Shown: positions 39,985-53,800, numbered from the whole stretch's first letter. The stretch is DNA of 61,508 nucleotides, filler included, from Collodictyon triciliatum (GCA_043381765.1; 5 parts of 5 records of this genome joined end to end with filler, not necessarily neighbours in it); one strand, 5' to 3'. The notes: generated from the letters alone by a model not told the origin. Program-made: numbers and translations.

Positions 39985-40554
39985 TTTAGAAAGGAGAAAA
40001 AAAAAGGCACAGAATTAAACACGCACTAGTTATAGGAAAGAAGTCATGCATATTTAAATAGAAAAAATAGAAGAATAAAAAGATAGTGGAAATCTCAAAC
40101 AAAGATCGTCAGAAATAAGGAAAAGGCCTCCGCTGACCTTAGGCTCTTTGGCCGGCAAAGCAAACCTGAGAGTCAAGCAGCAAGAGAGCGTCTGGCGTCA
40201 CGAAGAAGATGTTTGTCGCGGTTGTCCCTTGGCTGGTTGGAACAATGAGCGGAGCACACAGGACCGGAAAGAGTCTCTTGGACGCGCTGAGCGTAGGATT
40301 CATCTGTGATGTCGCGTTTGTTCCTCTTCAGCTCGTATGTGTGTCTTTTTTTGTCCGTCTGACTTGGCGTGCGGATGGAGTCGACGACTGGGAAGAACTA
40401 AGACAGTCGGCATTACAACGACGTTTTCGTCAAGGGAGAACCTCAAGCAAATTATGCCGGTGGGAGGCGAAACAAGTATTGCAAGTTGTTCGTTGGGTGT
40501 GCTTCGTTTTTTGTTTTTTTGTTTTTTGTTTTTTTTGTTTTTTTTGTTTTTTTT

Positions 40555-40598
<44 letters not shown>

Positions 40599-40698
40599 NN
40601 NNNNNNNNNNNNNNNNNNNNNNNNNNNNNNNNNNNNNNNNNNTTAATTAATTAANNNNNNNNNNNNNNNNNNNNNNNNNNNNNNNNNNNNNNNNNNNN
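40599..40698. other. Artificial scaffold-joining spacer
   Basis: N44-TTAATTAATTAA-N44. Confidence 0.97.
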
Positions 40699-40763
40699 TC
40701 AATCTTGTAAAAAAGAAATTAAAGATAAAAATTTGTATTGTCCTTGGGACTCAAACGTGTATC

Positions 40764-40840
<77 letters not shown>

Positions 40841-41138
40841 TTAAAAACAATAATTTTTTCTGCTGTAATCTTATTTCTCTTTTGATTAAATCGTTTCAGC
40901 CGCGACTTAAACTTTTCATGATATATTAGACATCCATGTCATATCAAACATTGGATCGATGGTAGACATATCGATTAAGTATATATTTGTTCTTATGATA
41001 TACTTTATTTTTGTTTATGTTTAGTTTTGATTTGATTTGATTTGATTTGCGATTCTTATAAGTTTTCAAGGGATTTGCTAAGGTTTTTTTTTAAAAAAAA
41101 AAATTAAAATATTCGTCCATATAATCTCTTCTGTCTAG

Positions 41139-44100
41139 GAGCAGAATTTTCATGCCAGTAGCTCAACCACAAGAGTTGGTTGTCAGTAACGTTTCTCTCT
41201 ACAACAGATCAAATGCATCAATTCACATCCAATGCTCCATCGGTAGTTTTTTCTTTTATTATCGATATATCATCAGAAAATCTTATTCATATACTTCAGG
41301 CCTTGACTAACATTTAACAATTAAACATAGATGCTCCCTTCCTCGTCAAAGTGGAGCAGGTGAATCCCATTGAATTGGGAAAACTATTGCGAGAATACTC
41401 TTCTTCCTCTTCTGATGTAAGTATGACAATCAAAATGCAGTAGAATTTACAAGCGAGAAAAGAAAGTGTTGATATTTTTTTTTTTACATTCTGTTTTCCA
41501 TTCTCCGTAAATGATATGAATACTTTTTCAACAAAATATCATCTTAGAGTGCTTATAAAGAGACATTTGATGTCGAGCTTTTGCCAGATAAGACTTATGT
41601 ACTAAAAATCATTTTTGCTCCAGTTCATCCAGGTTTTTTTTTCTCTTTCGCATTTAATTTAGTTCAACGAATCTCTAAATATTTCAGTGTAACTTGGCAC
41701 CATTATTCCCGATAACAAGGCTACTACCGCGCCGCATTATCTATATCGATGAAGCGTCCATTCGCGTTGGATTACCCATCTCCTACTGTATTTGGTGTGT
41801 GCATTGGTCGTCAATTCAAAGGTGTTTCCCAATACATTCCAGCAGAGGAATTCAAGAAAATGATTGAGATGCCTTTTTCGACTACTAGCCGGTACATAGA
41901 TAGGAAGCATTTGGGGAAATATGGTCAAGTAAGGATAGCCTATCTGATTTTGATTTTTTTAATAGCATCATCCGTCGGATTAATATTTGCATAAAAACAT
42001 TGAATTGTGTGATTCATTGCCAGATTTTTTATTTTACTGGAAAACAATTAATTTATTCGATAAAATTTAATGGGAGTTGTTCTCTCCTCTTTTTTCTCTG
42101 CGCATTTTTAACCGCCTTTATAAAAATTTTCTTTAAAAAAGAATACAGTAGGATTTTCTCAACTATGGGAGGTAAGGATAATGTTGAATTAGCCCAACAA
42201 ACATATTTTTTTGAATAACCTTCGTAGACGTGATTTGCTTATAAGGCTACCTTTCACATACCAGGATAAGTATGTATTTCCATTACCGATTAAAGGACAG
42301 CCTCAAATTTACTTTACCGAGCAATTTTGTCATCTGCTTCCAACTGAGAGAGGCATATACGGCGTCATCAATCTAAGTAATTTTTTTTAATAAATGGATA
42401 ATGATGTATTTTTTTTATTACAGGAGAAGAAAAGATAGCTCTCATATTATTTAATGACAAGGTCCTATTGTTTTCTTTTTGATTTCTACAGAAAATGCAG
42501 CACCAAATGCACGTCCTTGCCGCCTATTCTTATCATACCCTTTCGAAACTAACTTTTTGATGGATCGCACTCTATCTGGTGGTCAGTTGGCGTCAATAAA
42601 TGTCAAAATGAGCCCCAAACCAATCATCGAGGTTCTCACACCACAAAATCATGATTTTTCATAGTATTCAGCAGCCAGTTTACTCTTGCAATTGCTTTTC
42701 ATAATTTTCATAAAGGAATTTTATGTTAATACACATTGCGAGTACTTTTAATTTACATACTGTTCCATGTATGAACCATGTACTGGGTCAGGAGGATGTC
42801 CGATGTGACGTTGTAAGCGGTATAGCTATGGCTATTGACGAAGACACGGTTTCATTTTTTTCTACTTATTGCACTAATTTCACATCTCACACAAACAACA
42901 ATGGTTTGATTCGAAGTACACTCTATTTTTAGCATCGCTGTGATCCCTGAATTTTTTTTTATTTTATGAAATACATTATCGTAAACAATTTTGACTATTC
43001 CAGTACGAGTCTTCATTTGTAAAGATATATGCGTGCAATGGTCCTCTCCTCTGGTCGACTTTGGATAAGACTGTGACATTTCCAGAATGCTCCCCAAATT
43101 CAATTTCCGATAGAAAATATACCGTTCTCAATAGGTTCTTTTTACACACGAAATTTTTCTTTTTTTCTTTTTGTGTAAGACTCAGTAATTTTTTTATAGG
43201 TCATACATACCTTTAAATTGGTCACTCGGACCTACTGAAGCAGAGATGAAAAAACATGCTATTTTATCCGGTATTTTTCCCCATATGTTTTTGCGACTTA
43301 ATTTTTTTATGTTCACCTTCTTCCTTTTTTTTAAAAAAAATAATAATAATCGTACCTTGAAGTGAAATAAACTGTGCGTTTTTTATTTTTTATTTTTTAG
43401 ATTTTGTTCCTTTCACTTGCCAACCAGAATCTGGGAAACTGCAGCCAGGGGAATGGTGCGATATCGATATTCAGTTCCAACCAATATGCCCCGGAATATA
43501 CAGCACGGTGAGAACTGCAATCAGTTCTTATGTATTCTTTTTGAAGAGTGTTTTTACACACCCACTATTATTCTCATCCCCACAGGATTACATTTTGAAC
43601 TATTCTACTTTTGAAAAACCTAATGCCATGTACGAGTCGATGAAAGTTACTTTTTCTGGAAAATCAATCATCTCGAGTTGTCATTGCCTTACAAGTTAGT
43701 ATTTTTTTTTATTTTTTTTTTTGCATTTTTCAGCTTTTGTAAGGATTAACTGATGATTAATCGTGTTGAAGACAAATTATTCTTTATTTCAATTTTTTTA
43801 TTTACAACTTACTTTATGCAGCCATTCTACAGTTCGGTGTGGTTCTACTTCAAACAACAAAGATGCTTAACATTCAAATGATTAATGACTCTAGCATCGA
43901 TATTTCACTATATGTGCTTACCACTCTGTTTAAAATTATTTTAATTTGTTTCTATTAAAGTACTGATGTAAAGAGTATCAAGAGCAAAAGCAAAAAAAAG
44001 ATAATTAACTGTTTTGACACATTTGCTCCACTATTTTTTGTTTAGCTTGCTTTTTTCATAGCTCGCTACGCCAAAACACTTTACAGTTGACAAGTCTCAG

Positions 44101-45046
44101 ATTACTTTACCAGCTGGGGGAAACGTGCTTGATATTCCAGTATATTTTCGACCAAGTCACCTCGGTAGGTTTTTTTTTCTTCATATTACACCGGTTTTTT
44201 TTTTTGAATTATGAATATAAAATCTCATGCGATATGTTTCATACCACCTGGCCTTATTTTGGTTTTCAGAACTCTGACAAAATCTTCGATACAGGCGCAT
44301 TTGTTAATACATTGCAAATAATGACAAAAGACAAGACGTTCTATGTCTTGTTGAAAGGAGAGGCCAAGCACATGGAAATGTCAACAAACATTTCGATACC
44401 ATATTCATTCAATCAGGATATGCTAACAAAAAAACCAGAGTCCGGATTTTCTGCAGCTGATTTACAAACAGGACAATATATGAGACAAATAGACCCACTT
44501 TGGAAACAGCTTAAATCCAATAGTGGATATATTACTCGGAAGAAGGGGTCTGGTTCTCGGCATGCATCCTTATCCATGGGCTCTCCACAAGAGCAATATG
44601 TAGATATGGGCCTAACGACGATGCACAGTCCGATGGCGAGGAAGCTACGTATCGTCAATGACGGAAACTGTTTGATTGTACAATTTTAATGCAATATTTT
44701 TAACACCTCAACTTTATTAATATCACTATCTATGCACTTCTATAAAAAAAATCTAGCAAATTTATCGGATGTATGTAGTCTTATTTTTTTTCCTTTCACA
44801 AGATAGCTTCTGATCAGTTCTCTTATCATTATACTCATTATTTATAGCCTATAACAAGTATTATAACGGTGAATCCCAATTTTAACATCACGCCTTGGAA
44901 TGAGCAAGATGAATCATCTATTCTTACCTTTCCTGAAGGAGACGAAGGTGAATTTATTCTCAGCTAAATAACGAAATGTTTTACTTACGATGGCTAGCGA
45001 ACCAAAGCCAACATCTTCACCATCCTGCACAAAATTGAAAGGAAGA

Positions 45047-45101
<55 letters not shown>

Positions 45102-45484
45102 GAAATGTTTTACTTACACGAATTCATAGATGTTTTCAGATTTTGCTTTATTGTTAAGATGTCGATATTTATTAAAATTGCATTTGTAGAGAGCGAAGTA
45201 GATTGGGATGAGATAGCGTTTCAAGAGGAAACAAAGGTGAATACAAGAAAAAAATACCTTTTACTCTGATTCATACCTTCTAACTCATTGATTGGTGTAC
45301 CTCCCGTTCAATAATAAAAAGAAAGAAAAAATAAAAGATAGTTTATAGTCATAAATTCGGTGTCACTCATCTATAATTGACATAGATGGAAAATCGTTTA
45401 ATGGGAACAGAGGAGTCAAAATCATCATATTTTCCAATCTTGCTTGAACCTGGAAAAGGAATGAATTTTTCAGTGTCTTTTGCA
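41139..45484 (+). CDS. Internal part of a large protein with ASH/PapD-like Ig-fold repeats (HYDIN/CFAP47/CFAP65-like ciliary protein)
   Basis: Exons PFTCQPESGKLQPGEWCDIDIQFQPICPGIYS, ILQFGVVLLQTTKMLNIQMINDSS, VSLYNRSNASIHIQC, PILLEPGKGMNFSVSF. Many GT-AG introns; both ends are missing. Confidence 0.55.
44970..45117 (+). mobile_element. Short poly(A) retroposed insert, family A (longest copy), with 19-bp TSD, intronic
   Basis: aacgaaatgttttacttac [gatggctagcgaaccaaagccaacatcttcaccatcctgcacaaaattgaaaggaagaat + ~50 A] aacgaaatgttttacttac. Confidence 0.93.
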
Positions 45485-46269
45485 ANNNNNNNNNNNNNNN
45501 NNNNNNNNNNNNNNNNNNNNNNNNNNNNNNNNNNNNNNNNNNNNNNNNNNNNNNNNNNNNNNNNNNNNNNNNNNNNNNNNNNNNNNNNNNNNNNNNNNNN
45601 NNNNNNNNNNNNNNNNNNNNNNNNNNNNNNNNNNNNNNNNNNNNNNNNNNNNNNNNNNNNNNNNNNNNNNNNNNNNNNNNNNNNNNNNNNNNNNNNNNNN
45701 NNNNNNNNNNNNNNNNNNNNNNNNNNNNNNNNNNNNNNNNNNNNNNNNNNNNNNNNNNNNNNNNNNNNNNNNNNNNNNNNNNNNNNNNNNNNNNNNNNNN
45801 NNNNNNNNNNNNNNNNNNNNNNNNNNNNNNNNNNNNNNNNNNNNNNNNNNNNNNNNNNNNNNNNNNNNNNNNNNNNNNNNNNNNNNNNNNNNNNNNNNNN
45901 NNNNNNNNNNNNNNNNNNNNNNNNNNNNNNNNNNNNNTCCGCCGTTCTAATCACTTAATTTTTTCGTTAAATAATTTTTCCCTTCTATTTTTCTTTGTTG
46001 TTGGGCAGTTTTCCGTTTCTGGCTAATTAATTAGTATATTTAATTGATATATTCATACACTTTTGCTGTGCTTTCATTTGAGTGGTGGAACGTCGGTAGC
46101 TGGACTATCTATAATATTCAGCTCCTATAATTTTGTATTATAACGCATTCAAACAGCATATGTGAATCAAAGGAGATAAATATGCAGGCAAATGCAGGTA
46201 AAAAATTAAACTAATAAACTTTTGATGTATAAACTTTATCCCTGAATTGTTTGTGACAATCAGTATTTC

Positions 46270-46361
46270 GAGGTTATGGATTTGGTTTTATTTTATTTTA
46301 TTCTTCCCTTCAATTTTGTGCGGGATGGTGGAGATATCGACTTTGAAGATTATGAATTTGG
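46270..46361 (-). mobile_element. Older family A retroposed insert with imperfect ~15-bp TSD
   Basis: Reverse complement caaagtcgatatctccaccatcccgcacaaaattgaagggaagaat(aaaat)n; flanks aggttatggatttgg / agattatgaatttgg. Confidence 0.8.
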
Positions 46362-46503
46362 ATAGTGACATCTGGTATGTTTCAAGCTGATAGATAAATC
46401 AAAATGTTTACAGAAGATTACTTTTTTAAAAAAAATATAAAAAAACGTCTCAATAATGAACCCCTGCTGTAGTATTTAGCTTCAATATTAGATATAATGA
46501 ATC

Positions 46504-46573
46504 ATGCACTATTCCATCCCACGGTCCTGCACAAAATTGAAAGGAAGAATAAAAAAAAAATGCACTATTCCAT
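46504..46573 (+). mobile_element. Short poly(A) retroposed insert, family A, with 14-bp TSD
   Basis: atgcactattccat [cccacggtcctgcacaaaattgaaaggaagaat + A tail] atgcactattccat. Confidence 0.9.
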
Positions 46574-47442
46574 GAAATATCAAACTTCATAATAAATTTA
46601 ATGTGTCCGAGGGATATGGGTAACTCGATTAGCTAATTTAACCTGATTAATATTTCATAGCAAGTTGAATTATGATAAGTAAGAGGGAAATACAAAATTC
46701 CTCCCGAGATGCAGATAGGTTAGGTTTTTCATGAGCAAAATACTCTCAGGTAGTATTGTTAGTTGCATTCCATAAAGATTCAACGAATTAAATCTGATTT
46801 GCAGCTTATTTGGTGCCCATTCTGACTCGCATATCGAATCAATCTGTAGTCTCATTCGGTCAGTTGGAACAGATAAATGGTAAAATCATTTGATCTGAAT
46901 GTATTCTTATTATGTAGCGGAATTACTGATCGTTTCATAGAGCCTCAGTACGCAAATTTGCTTCTTCCCATAACCTTTCTTCCAGCAAGAAAGATTTGTG
47001 GTGCCATGGGGAGCACTACTCAAACTATGTCCTCATATCTCTTCTACCCAGATATCCTTAAGATTCATGAACACTTTAATTTGTGGTGGAAAAACATCCA
47101 CCCACACGTATGCTTATCAAAACCTTCTTCTCTGAGGGCTAAAACTCAATAGATGCGGTCATATCATAGATCATTAGAAAGATTGCAATAATTTTCTTAT
47201 AATACTTGTTTCATGAAAAGCGAACGTGCTCGCCAATTTATCTGCGATATCAAGAAACACCAGACTTGTCAAAATAATATTTCAACTGGTATTGTTGACA
47301 ACCGTTAATCCCAACACCCAGAAAGGCGAGACTTTCCAGACATGATACTTCTGGATGCGAAGGTGTCAACTTGTTGTTTTAGACAATAAGGCACGCAAGA
47401 CCCGTCAAAACACGATACTTGTGGGGGCAATGACGAAATCTT

Positions 47443-47510
47443 ATTGTTAAATATAAAAACTCGCTACACTTTGAATCGAATAAAGGAAAAAAAATTGTTA
47501 AATATAAAAA
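47443..47510 (+). mobile_element. Short A-tailed insert, family B, with 17-bp TSD
   Basis: attgttaaatataaaaa [ctcgctacactttgaatcgaataaaggaaaaaaa] attgttaaatataaaaa. Removing the insert restores an LRR reading frame. Confidence 0.75.
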
Positions 47511-47770
47511 AAATCTTTAGTGTAGGTAAGCAAGAAATGTGATGAGGCGGTTGCGGCACCTGGCTACCCCCTGGATGAAAATATATAAGGCTTATCAAGC
47601 AAGGTATTACTTGGGGCAAAGATGTCACTGTCTGATTGGAAACAATGAGTCGTGTGAGGGCAGTGAAGAGATATGTCTGGTGAAAGTGAGAACAGTTAGT
47701 TGTCCGAAAGGTCCAAATATTGTAAACCAGGCAACGAAAAGGTGCTACATAGCATCGCTGCTAGAATAGG

Positions 47771-47866
47771 TTGTTTGTTTGTTTGTTTGTTTGTTTGTTT
47801 GTTTGTTTGTTTGTTTGTTTGTTTGTTTGTTTGTTTGTTTGTTTGTTTGTTTGTTTGTTTGTTTGT
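47771..47866. repeat. (TTTG)n microsatellite
   Basis: Read directly. Confidence 0.9.
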
Positions 47867-50500
47867 ATTTTGATACCAAGCCTAGAGCAGTTTTCAAGCT
47901 CGCCGAACCATGAACTCTGAGAATAATCCGGTTTGAGCCTTTTGACCTCTTGCAGTAGGGTACCCTCCACGCTCATCGCACCAGATGTGGTAAAAAGGTG
48001 CCTTTGCAGCTTCTGTGTAGTGCTGGCGATTCTCCTGTCTATGAGCCAGCGCTTTGAGGGTTGTTGGATTACTTGCTTTTCTTTTACTTGACTATATGTG
48101 ACTTATGGTGGGCAAACAAGTGCCACACCAGACCGGATTGTCTTGGTCTTGCACGTCAATTTTTGGATGCGGTTGTAAAAACAAGGAAAGAACTTATTTG
48201 CCTGCTAACTGACGAAGTGCCAGATAGCGCCTTGAAATGTTTATATTTTCCGCTTATAGAAACAAATCATCCAGGCTAACATATCAGAACGCGATGCCTC
48301 AGACACCAAGGCTGAATCTCGCGTTGGAAAACGGAGCCTGTGAGCCGTGCTCGAAAATCGCAGCTGAAGCGCTCTGCGTTTGATTCTAACGTCACGAATA
48401 AGCACAGGGAGAGAAGTGACGTGATCGCTGGTAGAATGAACCAGGTCGTGCAGAAAGGAGAGGCAAACTACATGCTTCGCAAACTTGCCAAGAGCTTCTC
48501 CCTGTGCGGCGCCCAGGTAGATGCCAAAGACTCGCCCTGCTGTCCCACAACCCTTCAGTGCCCCAAGCACCTGCCTCTTTCCTCTGCGATGCACAAGGCC
48601 TCTCCATGTTCTTTTTCTGATTTTATGCTTCTTTTTTTGGCTGTATCTTCTGTTTGGGTTTTTTTTTTCATTTTTTTTTTTGTTACAATTATCCCACTTG
48701 AAAAGATTTTTGTGGTAATTGACAACCCCCTGGCCACCATGCCATCTATGTCGGAACGAAAGGAAACGCAAAACTAACCTGGAGTGCTCGTTTCCTTGCC
48801 AAACTCCAGTCTGATTTCCACCTCTTCACAATTTTGAAGAGTGCAGAGCCCTATGCCTCTGAATTCCTCAGTGATGATGGACTCATTTATGGGCACTCTC
48901 CGCATCTGACCTCCTTCAACTATTGCCCAAGGATTAACCAAACTCCTTGAATCCTCCATAGGCCACCACGTATGCGCAGTGCTTGTCGGAGAAGCTTGTT
49001 AACTCAAGTATCGACAAGGATATTTGTGCGAAGCAGTTTCGGGATTTTCAAGCCTGTTACCAGGCCCAATTGAGAAAAGCATGAGGGGCTTGCGCAGCGC
49101 CTCCGTGCATGACAATAAACCGCCGCCCGCTACACAACGCAGCCCAAGCAGGTTGGAGGCGGCGGGAAGAATCGTATTTCTATTTATGGAATATATACGG
49201 ATTTCCATTAATAATGTCATATTAAGGTCTGAGTATCACATACAATCCTAATTATAATATTCTAATACCTTCAACTGTATACTAAATGGCTTCTACGAGC
49301 TTGTTTCTAGAACATTCCTGTGCGTCATCTTATTGGCCACCCAGGAACCTATGTGGTCTACCTATATATTGTCAATGCTCTATGCTGGCTTATATTCTCG
49401 CTTCACAGCGCAGCAATTGGACACCACGGAGCAACAAATTCATCCAACTGACCTGGTAACTGCAATGGCCTCGGACGAGACTACTCGAAGGCACCTCACT
49501 CGTCCTGGATAGAATATCAATGACGCATGTAAGCATTCCACAGCCAACGAATTCACTATACAACCATCCTCGACAAACCTCTAAGATGAACAACTTAGAT
49601 GACGAGACTGAAAAGTATTTTATGTTGTCAACTTGGCTTCTGAGAGAATATCGCCAACCCGCCCTATTTACCAGCATATCCCGCCCATACAAAATCTTAC
49701 TCTTCCCAATAATGCTTCAGATTCCCCAAGGCTACAGTTGTCCTTTTAACTTCACCAGCTGTGTGCTTCTACGGAATGAAAACTAGAGTGGACCACACCG
49801 TTACCTTGTAAGTACACAGGCCCACCCCGGTTGCTGAAGCTTTCGGCAGCTGATGAAACCGGCATTTGTCTGAACGACGTTAGTCCAGATGAAAAAATCC
49901 GTGCTACCTTATAACTCTTTCTCTGATGCCACACCAAACCCCTAAAATTCCACCCCTGACCCACTCGAGCATCGAACACGGCTAACCTTTCTTCGCTGCA
50001 GGCCCCCCTGACGCTGGCAAGAACAGCTCAGCACTGCAGCACCACACCGCAGGTAAATTCAGGAGATCTCCCCTTACTCAACTCAACGTCCTGTTGGGCG
50101 TGTAGGTCACCAGGCTGATGAACATTGATATCTTACTGGAAGTGAAGAACATAAAACATAATAGACTACAATTCCCTGACTCTTGACCGACCGCTAGCCA
50201 CACCCTCTCCTCTATTGCGCCCCATCTGACTTTCACTAAAGCAAACGCTCTCGTCTGCAGGCTTCCGGGCTGTCCCCGCGCCCTGCCCGCCGCAGTGGTC
50301 AAACTAGCACCTGTAGAAACGTTTTCGCGCCTGGCTCGCGAAATGCAGCTCCAATGAAATAAATCTCCAACATCCACATTTGTCCTGTGAGGAAGTGACG
50401 AACATGCCTAGACCAAGTGCACGCATCCCTTATTGGACTTCCGGGCCTGTGTGCGTGTGTCATTTCCAACATCGCGAGCGATCTGTCTGATGTGGGTAGG
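47771..50500 (-). mobile_element. Highly degenerate non-LTR retrotransposon (APE-type LINE) remnant ending in an (AAAC)n tail
   Basis: On the minus strand, in LINE order: WNFRGL, GRDMLV, VGCGMLTCVIDILSRTS, SIDNI*VD, SS*KPFSIQL (decayed APE motifs), then LRFLSF / FSSGIIVTKKK / RVFGIYLG (RT motif 5-7-like). The block is GC-richer, lacks intron structure and has many stops. The 5' boundary is approximate. Confidence 0.5.
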
Positions 50501-50725
50501 AAGGCAAACGGTTAGGATAACGTTATTCGGGCCATAAGCCTTAGAGGCCGCATCGCACTGGTGTCAGATTGCGCTGGGTGTCCAGATTCACTATCCGAGC
50601 ACTGAATCTAACCCATCAGCAAAACCGACAAGTGCCAGGCCATGCTTTACTTACTCACGCCCCCATTTGCTTGAGAGTAGAGCGCAGGCAAGGCAGTTCT
50701 TCCAGCCAGCAAGCCAGATCAGGAG

Positions 50726-50761
50726 ATGAGTAAGTGCCATGACTAGATCTCTCTCTCTCTC

Positions 50762-50843
<82 letters not shown>

Positions 50844-53800
50844 ACCTCCTCAGTGTTCACCATTGCTGGGCCGCTTTACCTTCTTTTCATTTGCACGGTA
50901 TATACTCTGATTTTCTTTGCCGCCGCACACACGACTGCACGCCCTCGAGAGTCCGTAGAAAAGCGAAGAAACAAGATATTCCCTAACAACCCATAGATTC
51001 GAACCACTGGACTGTTCTCACGGATCCTGGAAGCGGGCGGCAGTACTACTACAACACCCTCACAAAGGCTACGCAGTGGGAAACACCCGTCGAGCTGAGG
51101 TTTCTTTGCTGATTGATCAGGCTGGATTTTATTCTTTCCTACCTTCAACCCCTCACCCTGTTTTTGCGCCTGCATGCCCACCCAACCGCAAGATGGCGCA
51201 TTAATATGTGTCGTCATTTAAGTCTGCTGTGGCACGTCCTTAACTCTTCTCAACTCAACTCAACTCAACTCAACTCAACTCAACTCAACTCAACTCAACT
51301 CAACTCAACTCAACTCAACTCAACTCAACTCAACTCAACTCAACTCAACTCAACCCATTATTAACATAGCATAAAGTCATCCTATGCACCGTCGGAAATA
51401 TGGTTTGAACTCCCTCATCAGAGTCAAGGGCGCCTTCTGTACTACAACAAGACTCTTGGTCTGGTCTCTTGGGACAAGCCTGACTCTGGCCTCATCGTCT
51501 CGTTCAATCAGACGCTGCCTGCCACCCCGAACCCTCAAAGCCCGGCGCCATTATCTCCGCCTTCTGCAAAGACACCGAGTTTTGCATCTGACTTGCCTGT
51601 ATCTCCTGCCCTTACAAACCTGTCGTTGTCTGCCCTTGCCATAGGCTGGGAGGAGTTTACGGACCAGGCCTCTGGGCGCAAGTACTACGTTCATCGTGCG
51701 TCTGGGAAAACTACATGGGATCGCTCCGAGGCTGTGGAGAAGGACATGAAGCAGTCACCCATGGCCAACCGCCTTCAAATACCGGCAGGTCTCGAGGCTG
51801 TGGTGGGATTCAGCTCATCTGCCGTTTCGTCTCCTGGTCCCCTGGGACGGATGCCCAATGCAGTGAATCCGAGCTTCCGTGCGACAATTGGGGCTACGAG
51901 TGCGTCGGGAAGTCAACCAAAAATAGTCCCTCTTGGGCACCTCTCTGTAGTATGATTTCTTTAAATATGCCACTCTAATATAGAAGAAAAGATTTTAAGT
52001 CTTTGCAGTCAGTCAAAAGAAACTGGTAGCGTATCTAAACATATACATGTGCTAAAAAATAAAATGAAATAAATAAACTTAGCAAAATGGTGATTCATTT
52101 TTAATTTTTTTTAAATATAGAATGGCCCGATCGACCCGGCAACAATATTTGCGTATGATTTTGCTCTACCGTATCGAATATTATGGAAAATACACACAAA
52201 GTCAATTACTATATCTGTGAAAGGGATATCTTTCCATATATTACATCGTATGCGTGTAAGATTAGACATGAGAAAGCCTAGATGTGATACGAAAGAATAG
52301 AAACCAGCACATAATTCCACAACTTTTGGTTATTATCATAGTGAAGGCCAACGCTCGCTGCCAAAGCCCCTTATTCTCGATATAAACAAATTCCAAGAGA
52401 CGGAATTCGCCAAAAGACATTTTCTGGTCTGTCACGCTCCAAAATAATACATATGAAATCAAACTTTATGTTGAATATTGAACTGGGCCTGAGCTATGAT
52501 TTGATTAATGACGATATTGTCTTATAGGATAGAAAACACGGACTTTTTCGAAAAACTTTATCTGCGCAGCAAATGATGAGTTTCTCTAAAGTAGTATACT
52601 CCGTCGAAAAATTAATTATAATAGAAATGCAATCATATGGGAGGTTATATCGATCACCTATCGCGCAATAATATCTTATATATATTTAGTTTTTAAGGAA
52701 AAAACACACTCTCTGACAATAGGAACTACTTGAGCAGCCTCTCCTTAAGTTAACCAAAGGAGTTGAAAAATTGGCTCTCAAATGTTTCAAAAGTAAATTA
52801 TATTTTCCCTCCCTTATTATTACTGTGTTTTGGGTTTGCAAATAATAACACTCGTATCCTCAGCCGACAATACAAGACGAATGGTTTCTACTCGAAACAG
52901 TACCTTACCCCTTTTTTTTTTTCTTCTCTTCTCAATATGTAGAAATCATGAAGTTCATGGGAGACTACCCATGCAAATCTAGAGAACGGTGAGAATTTTT
53001 ATATGGAAAAGTCACTAATTCAAATCGCTAAATAAGGCTATAGAGTTATTTTTATCAGCGCAGGTATGTACTGTACAATAACAACAAACATAGGAATAGG
53101 AATAGTAATAATTATAATCTCATCTATGTATAAATAACTATTCTAGGGAAGGCCAGATGTTGATTAGCTTTGGACTGACGAACATCGAGCTTCGTGATGA
53201 AATATATTGTCAACTAGCGAAGCAGCTGATCGAAAATCCTGATGAGTAATTTTCTTTTATTTTATAGTTCTCTACTGATATCACGCCACCTCTTGAATTC
53301 ATATCAATGTGCCAATCTGATTAAACGCCACTTTTGTTGTGTATATTTCTCTACACTTTGAATAAGCGTTTGCTCGAGACAATTTTTAATGACGTTTTTT
53401 TTTTAATATTATAAATAGCTTTCCAATATTCTCAGGTACCATTCTAATCAAATAATCAAAACGAACAGAGAAAGCGCAGTTCGAGGGTGGGGACTGATGG
53501 GCCTTACCTTGTCATATTACCAGCCATCACCTGAATTAGTCGGTCATCTAAGGGAAATATGTGAAGCACATATCACTGGTTCACATGAACGAATCGCAGC
53601 TTGTTCCAGGTAGACTTTCATTTATAGGACCGTTCTCTATTGTAGTCATGAATTAGAATGGCATACATAAGATAATGTTGAAGGATAGATAGCTCACCAA
53701 AATAAATAATAATAATACTGGTACTATCTCGATATTTAAATTATCACATCTTTTTACAAATTTATTTTATGCTATTATAAATGTAAATTTAAACACAGGT

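Larger units (their letters stand above)
46100..47760 (-). pseudogene. Leucine-rich-repeat pseudogene
   Basis: LRR units LQYLDLSDN*LFSLSPDI, ISSLPPQVS, LACLIV*NNKLT, LSTIPVEI, LTSLVFLDIAD and LNLYGMQLTILPESILLMKNLTYLHLGRN, broken by stops, frameshifts and retroposon inserts. Confidence 0.75.

Noticed and set aside
44989-45048. Family A body as a U6 snRNA or tRNA fragment, or as a CRISPR repeat
   Set aside because: Only a vague AAAATTG resemblance to U6, no ACAGAGA box or cloverleaf, and the copies are dispersed with TSDs rather than regularly spaced
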